Source: Ranitomeya imitator (Eukaryota). From it: a stretch of DNA of 64,000 nt. The translations under genes were made by a program, and so were the position numbers. Every line of letters starts with the position of its first letter. The first letter of the stretch is position 1. Below the pieces are notes generated by a model. It was not told the DNA's origin. It searched no databases and was given only the letters and a program-made list of their open reading frames with translations. This document shows positions 59,151-64,000 of this stretch, in pieces. The stretch is taken from contig NC_091285.1 in NCBI RefSeq assembly GCF_032444005.1, forward strand, positions 298,716,001-298,780,000, given 5' to 3'.

Positions 59151-60540
59151 TATGTGTCTGTTTCTTGGCTAGTTGATCAGTTATTTTTAAATTGTGTTTC
59201 TGCATGGTCCTTGCATACTAGAATAATTATAATTAGTTCACTATAAGACTTTTGTGGGGCATTCATGTATGGGGTGGAATGGAAAAAAGTGACGTTGGCC
59301 ATGTTAGCTGAATTTGTGATAATAATTAGAGTTGAGCGACCTTGACCTTTTTAGAGTCGAGCCGGGTTTCGCGAAACCCGACTATCTCAAAAGTCGGGTC
59401 GAGTGAAATCGGCCGATTATGACGTAAAGTCGGGATCGACCGAAACACGAAACCCAATGCAAGTCAATGGGGCAGCATAGTCGGCAGTGAGTGGGGGCCA
59501 GGAAAACACCTAGAGTGCCCATTTTAATGTCAAAACCATCCATTCTTCTTAATGAAGCTTGTCAAGCGTAATTTACCTTATAATAATTGTAAGGCATTTG
59601 AAATTGGGGGTCATTTGGTTAAAGTTGTGGTGGGTAGGGCTGGTTCAAGTAATTAGTGGGCCCAGGAAATCTGGACCACGTCACGGCAGTGGAGCAGGGA
59701 GAGGTAAGTATTTCAACTTTGCAAGTGCTGTGAACCTGAGCAAGCAGGGGGGGCCCACTCGTTGGCATTGGCACTGGCACAGGGCCCCTCAAAGTACAGC
59801 GGTGTGTTTGCACGGCGGGGGCGCCTCCCATCGGCAGCAACACTTTTGCGTACTATGAGAGGCCCTGTGCCAGTGACGTCGCCAACTAGTATTCCTCCCC
59901 CCACCTGATGAAGGAACCTGCACTTTCATCTGCACCTTCCTCTTTGTCCCCGTGTAAGGTGGTATGGTATGCGGGAAGAGCAACCTGACTTTCAGCAGGG
60001 TCACAATGTTGTTGTGTAACGTGCACGGGGAATGTTGCATTATGGGTCAATGTACCAGCAGACTCATCTATCACTGGCTGGGCAATGGGCAGGATGAGGA
60101 GGAAACACAGATATAGGCCCAAAGAATAAAGTTGGCAAAATGCAGTTCAAAATTGGTAACACAGGAATAACCAGGGGGCATTGCAGTGGAGGACAACTGG
60201 AATGAGAGGCTGACACAGAGAGTAGGCCCAAATCAGTAAGTAGTCGAAATGCAGTTCAAAATTGGCAACCGTAGTAAACAGGCGGCACAGCTTTGTTCAG
60301 TGGAGGAGAACAGCAAGGAGTGGCAGACACCGATAGTAGGCCCCAACCCAACTAGTAGGCCAAATGCAGTCTAACATTAACAACTACTTAACGAGCGCCT
60401 GAAAATGGAATTTCAGGACAGGAAACCAGGAGAACAGCAAGGAGTGGCAGACACCGATAGTAGGCCCCAAACCAACTAGTACGCCAAATGCAGTTGTTCC
60501 GTTTAACTACAATTTAATGAGAGCCTGAAGATAGAAGTTC

Positions 60541-62257
60541 AGGAAAGGCAACCTGGAGAACACCTTGGAGTGGAACACACCATCTCTCTACACCCCATAC
60601 CCAATTTGTAGGCCTAATGCAGTGTAGTTTCCAAGAACTACTAAACGAGAGCCGGAAGATCGAAGCTCAGGAAAGGCAACCTGGAGAACACCTTGGAGTG
60701 GAACACACCATCTCTCTACACCCCATACCCAATTTGTAGGCCTAATGCAGCGTAGTTTCCAACAACTACTAAACGAGAGCCGGAAGATCGAAGCTCAGGA
60801 AAGGCAACCTGGAGAACACCTTGGAGTGGAACACACCATCTCTCTACACCCCATACCCAATTTGTAGGCCTAATGCAGTGTAGTTTCCAACAACTACTAA
60901 ACGAGAGCCGGAAGATCGAAGCTCAGGAAAGGCAACCTGGAGAACACCTTGGAGTGGAACACACCATCTCTCTACACCCCATACCCAATTTGTAGGCCTA
61001 ATGCAGTGTAGTTTCCAAGAACTACTAAACGAGAGCCGGAAGATCGAAGCTCAGGAAAGGCAACCTGGAGAACACCTTGGAGTGGAAAACACCATCTCTC
61101 TACACCCCATACCCAATTTGTAGGCCTAATGCAGTGTAGTTTCCAACAACTACTAAACGAGAGCCGGAAGATCGAAGCTCAGGAAAGGCAACCTGGAGAA
61201 CACCTTGGAGTGGAACACACCATCTCTCTACACCCCATACCCAATTTGTAGGCCTAATGCAGTGTAGTTTCCAACAACTACTAAACGAGAGCCGGAAGAT
61301 CGAAGCTCAGGAAAGGCAACCTGGAGAACACCTTGGAGTGGAACACACCATCTCTCTACACCCCATACCCAATTTGTAGGCCTAATGCAGTGTAGTTTCC
61401 AAGAACTACTAAACGAGAGCCGGAAGATCGAAGCTCAGGAAAGGCAACCTGGAGAACACCTTGGAGTGGAAAACACCATCTCTCTACACCCCATACCCAA
61501 TTTGTAGGCCTAATGCAGTGTAGTTTCCAACAACTACTAAACGAGAGCCGGAAGATCGAAGCTCAGGAAAGGCAACCTGGAGAACACCTTGGAGTGGAAC
61601 ACACCATCTCTCTACACCCCATACCCAATTTGTAGGCCTAATGCAGCGTAGTTTCCAACAACTACTAAACGAGAGCCGGAAGATCGAAGCTCAGGAAAGG
61701 CAACCTGGAGAACACCTTGGAGTGGAACACACCATCTCTCTACACCCCATACCCAATTTGTAGGCCTAATGCAGTGTAGTTTCCAACAACTACTAAACGA
61801 GAGCCGGAAGATCGAAGCTCAGGAAAGGCAACCTGGAGAACACCTTGGAGTGGAACACACCATCTCTCTACACCCCATACCCAATTTGTAGGCCTAATGC
61901 AGCGTAGTTTCCAACAACTACTAAACGAGAGCATGAAGATCGAAGCATTGGCGAGGAAACCTGGGGAACACCTTGGATTGGAACACACCATCTCTCTACA
62001 CCCCATACCCAATTTGTAGGCCTAATGCAGCGTAGTTTCCAACAACTACTAAACGAGAGCATGAAGATCGAAGCATTGGCGAGGAAACCTGGGGAACACC
62101 TTGGAGTGGAACACACCATCTCTCTCCACCCCATACCCAATTTGTAGGCCTAATGCAGCCTACTTTCCGACAACTAATAAACGAGAGCATGAAGATCGAA
62201 GCTCAGGAAAGGCAACCTGGGGAACACCTTGGAGTGTAACAAACCCTCTCTCTACAC
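60541..62257. repeat. 128-bp tandem array, ~13.4 copies, highly homogeneous
   Basis: Units start at 60541+128n (checked at 60669, 60797, 60925, 61821 and 62205). The last units are a variant subtype. Confidence 0.97.
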
Positions 62258-62294
62258 CAAGGAAGGGCTGATTCTTAGGAAGGAAGGCTGTCGG

Positions 62295-62371
62295 AAAGAA
62301 GCAGGGCGCGTCCGAGGGTGATTATATTCTTATTAGGTATATACTCACCCTCGGACGCGCCCTGCTTCTTT
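62295..62371. repeat. Perfect 27-bp-stem hairpin with 23-nt spacer
   Basis: AAAGAAGCAGGGCGCGTCCGAGGGTGA (62295-62321) / TCACCCTCGGACGCGCCCTGCTTCTTT (62345-62371). Confidence 0.95.
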
Positions 62372-62711
62372 ATTTGTAATGAATGTTTATTTGCAATGTG
62401 GTTTTGACTTACTCTATTTTTTTGGTAAATAATGATTTTATTATTTTCATTGTTTTGCATCTTCTTGGCAATAATATAAAGAAGACGCGACAGGACAACA
62501 CTCGGTGGATGCCATATCTGTGTTTTAAATTGAAAAAAACTTTCAGTTAACTACTTGCAGGAGAAAGTTATTGTAGCTGGTGGCCATTTTTAGTACTGTA
62601 CCAGATTTTTGTTGTATGTGTTTGTTTTTAATGTTAAAATGTCTGCATTTGATATCTCTCCAGTATTTTCTTTTTTATAAGCAAAATACTTATTTTTATA
62701 TTTTCTGATGT

Positions 62712-63168
62712 TGGTTTAAGGGGTACACGGGCAGCAGTAGACAGGTCAGTGGAGGCCTAGTGGAAGGAGGGACCGCAGACAGGCTTCGAAGCCCTAACAT
62801 AATAAATTGGGCTGGCTGTAGGCAATTTAAAATTGGTTCCAGGGGAACACGGGCAGCAGTAGACAGGTCAGTGGAGGCCTAGTGGAAGGAGGGACCGCAG
62901 ACAGGCTTCGAAGCCCTAACATAATAAATTGGGCTGGCTGTAGGCAATTTAAAATTGGTTCCAGGGGAACACGGGCAGCAGTAGACAGGTCAGTGGAGGC
63001 CTAGTGGAAGGAGGGACCGCAGACAGGCTTCGAAGCCCTAACATAATAAATTGGGCTGGCTGTAGGCAATTTAAAATTGGTTCCAGGGGAACACGGGCAG
63101 CAGTAGACAGGTCAGTGGAGGCCTAGTGGAAGGAGGGACCGCAGACAGGCTTCGAAGGCCTAACATAA
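62712..63168. repeat. 122-bp tandem array, ~3.7 copies
   Basis: ACACGGGCAGCAG at 62725, 62847, 62969 and 63091. Confidence 0.96.
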
Positions 63169-63628
63169 GAAAAATGTCAATACAATGGTATTGACAGTGC
63201 CAGACATTGAAGGATGTCAGCGCATAGACTAAACATTGGTGGAGCTGTGAGAGAAAATTTTGCAAGTCGTAGAGCACTGTTTGACCTGGGGGGGGACTGT
63301 CTTGTGGCCCGCGGTACAGGCCCAGGGCCCCTCATATTACAACGGTGTGTCTGACATTGGGTGCGCACCACCACCGCCAGACACTTTATTGTACTATGAG
63401 GGATCTAGTGGCAGTGCCGTCGACCAAAAGCGGGCACACCCACCTCTTCAGACAAACAGTACTCTCACGGGTGCTGGCGCCAAGTGGCGATACCACGGCC
63501 CTGTGTGGGGACTTTGGCCATTTAGGGAGGTGTTAACATGTCGGATGCTGGACAATCAGGTGCTGCAAATTACGAGATTGGAAAAGTCGTTCAGAATAGT
63601 CCACAGGCAAGACCTTTACATAGGAAAG

Positions 63629-64000
63629 CTAGGTGTCAGCCGGGCAAGGTGGGGCAAAAGATTTCGAAATCCAGTTGTGGTTCATTTTAATGAAGGTTAG
63701 ATCATCTACATTTTGGGTAGCCAGACGAGTCCTTTTTTCTGTTAGTATTGAACCTGCAGCACTGAATACTCTTTCTGATAGGACACTAGCTGCCGGGCAA
63801 GCAAGCTCCTGCAATGCATATTCTGCCAATTCTGGCCAGGTGTCTAATTTTGATGCCCAGTAATCAAATGGGAATGACGGTTGAGGGAGAACATCGATAA
63901 GGGATGAAAAATAGTTTGTAACCATACTGGACAAATGTTGTCTCCTGTCACTTTGAATTGATGCTGCAGTACCTGTCCTGTCTGCGGTCATAGCAAAATC
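63629..64000 (-). CDS. hAT transposase C-terminal dimerisation domain (partial; 5' end outside window)
   Basis: FDYWASKLDTWPELAEYALQELACPAASVLSERVFSAAGSILTEKRTRL is the hATC signature. The frame stays open to the window edge. Confidence 0.93.
   Translation of the reverse strand, partial: DFAMTADRTGTAASIQSDRRQHLSSMVTNYFSSLIDVLPQPSFPFDYWASKLDTWPELAEYALQELACPAASVLSERVFSAAGSILTEKRTRLATQNVDDLTFIKMNHNWISKSFAPPCPADT

Larger units (their letters stand above)
59327..64000 (-). mobile_element. hAT transposon (3' part; continues beyond the window)
   Basis: TAGAGTTGAGCG terminus at 59327, of the same type as the other hAT ends here. Transposase C-terminus at 63629-64000. Confidence 0.8.

Noticed and set aside
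59789-60040. LFPHTIPPYTGTKRK.. faintly resembles a piggyBac C-terminus
   Set aside because: The cysteine pattern is not recoverable; similarity is too weak to call.
60541-62257. CRISPR array or coding repeat (ORFs 61740-62190)
   Set aside because: Units are identical end to end with no spacers, and the ORFs are short translations of the repeat.

Overview
Repeat-saturated vertebrate genomic DNA. An anuran amphibian is the most likely source, inferred from the T2/Kolobok-type MITEs, V-SINE, L2 and Passport-like Tc1 families; the species cannot be proven from sequence. No host protein-coding gene, tRNA, rRNA or CRISPR array is recognisable, so the window looks intergenic or deep-intronic. Elements with open ORFs: two near-identical Tc1 (DD34E) transposons in opposite orientation near the two ends of the window; a very young full-length Gmr1-type Ty3/Gypsy retrotransposon (single 1462-aa ORF, integrase before RT, LTRs differing at one site I could see); and the 3' end of a hAT transposase running off the right edge, whose subterminal region holds 128-bp and 122-bp tandem arrays. 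Decayed or non-autonomous elements: a piggyBac family (one copy with a broken transposase, two ORF-less 4-5.5 kb derivatives with ~390-bp internal arrays and telomere-like hexamer tracts); a Penelope-like GIY-YIG remnant split by two later insertions; hammerhead-ribozyme-like motifs; two related solo LTRs; Helitron-like ends with minisatellites; L2 and V-SINE copies; and many nested hAT, Harbinger, piggyBac, Tc2 and T2 MITEs. There is one assembly gap (5771-5967). All identities were judged by eye and family names come from motif recognition, not database searches.
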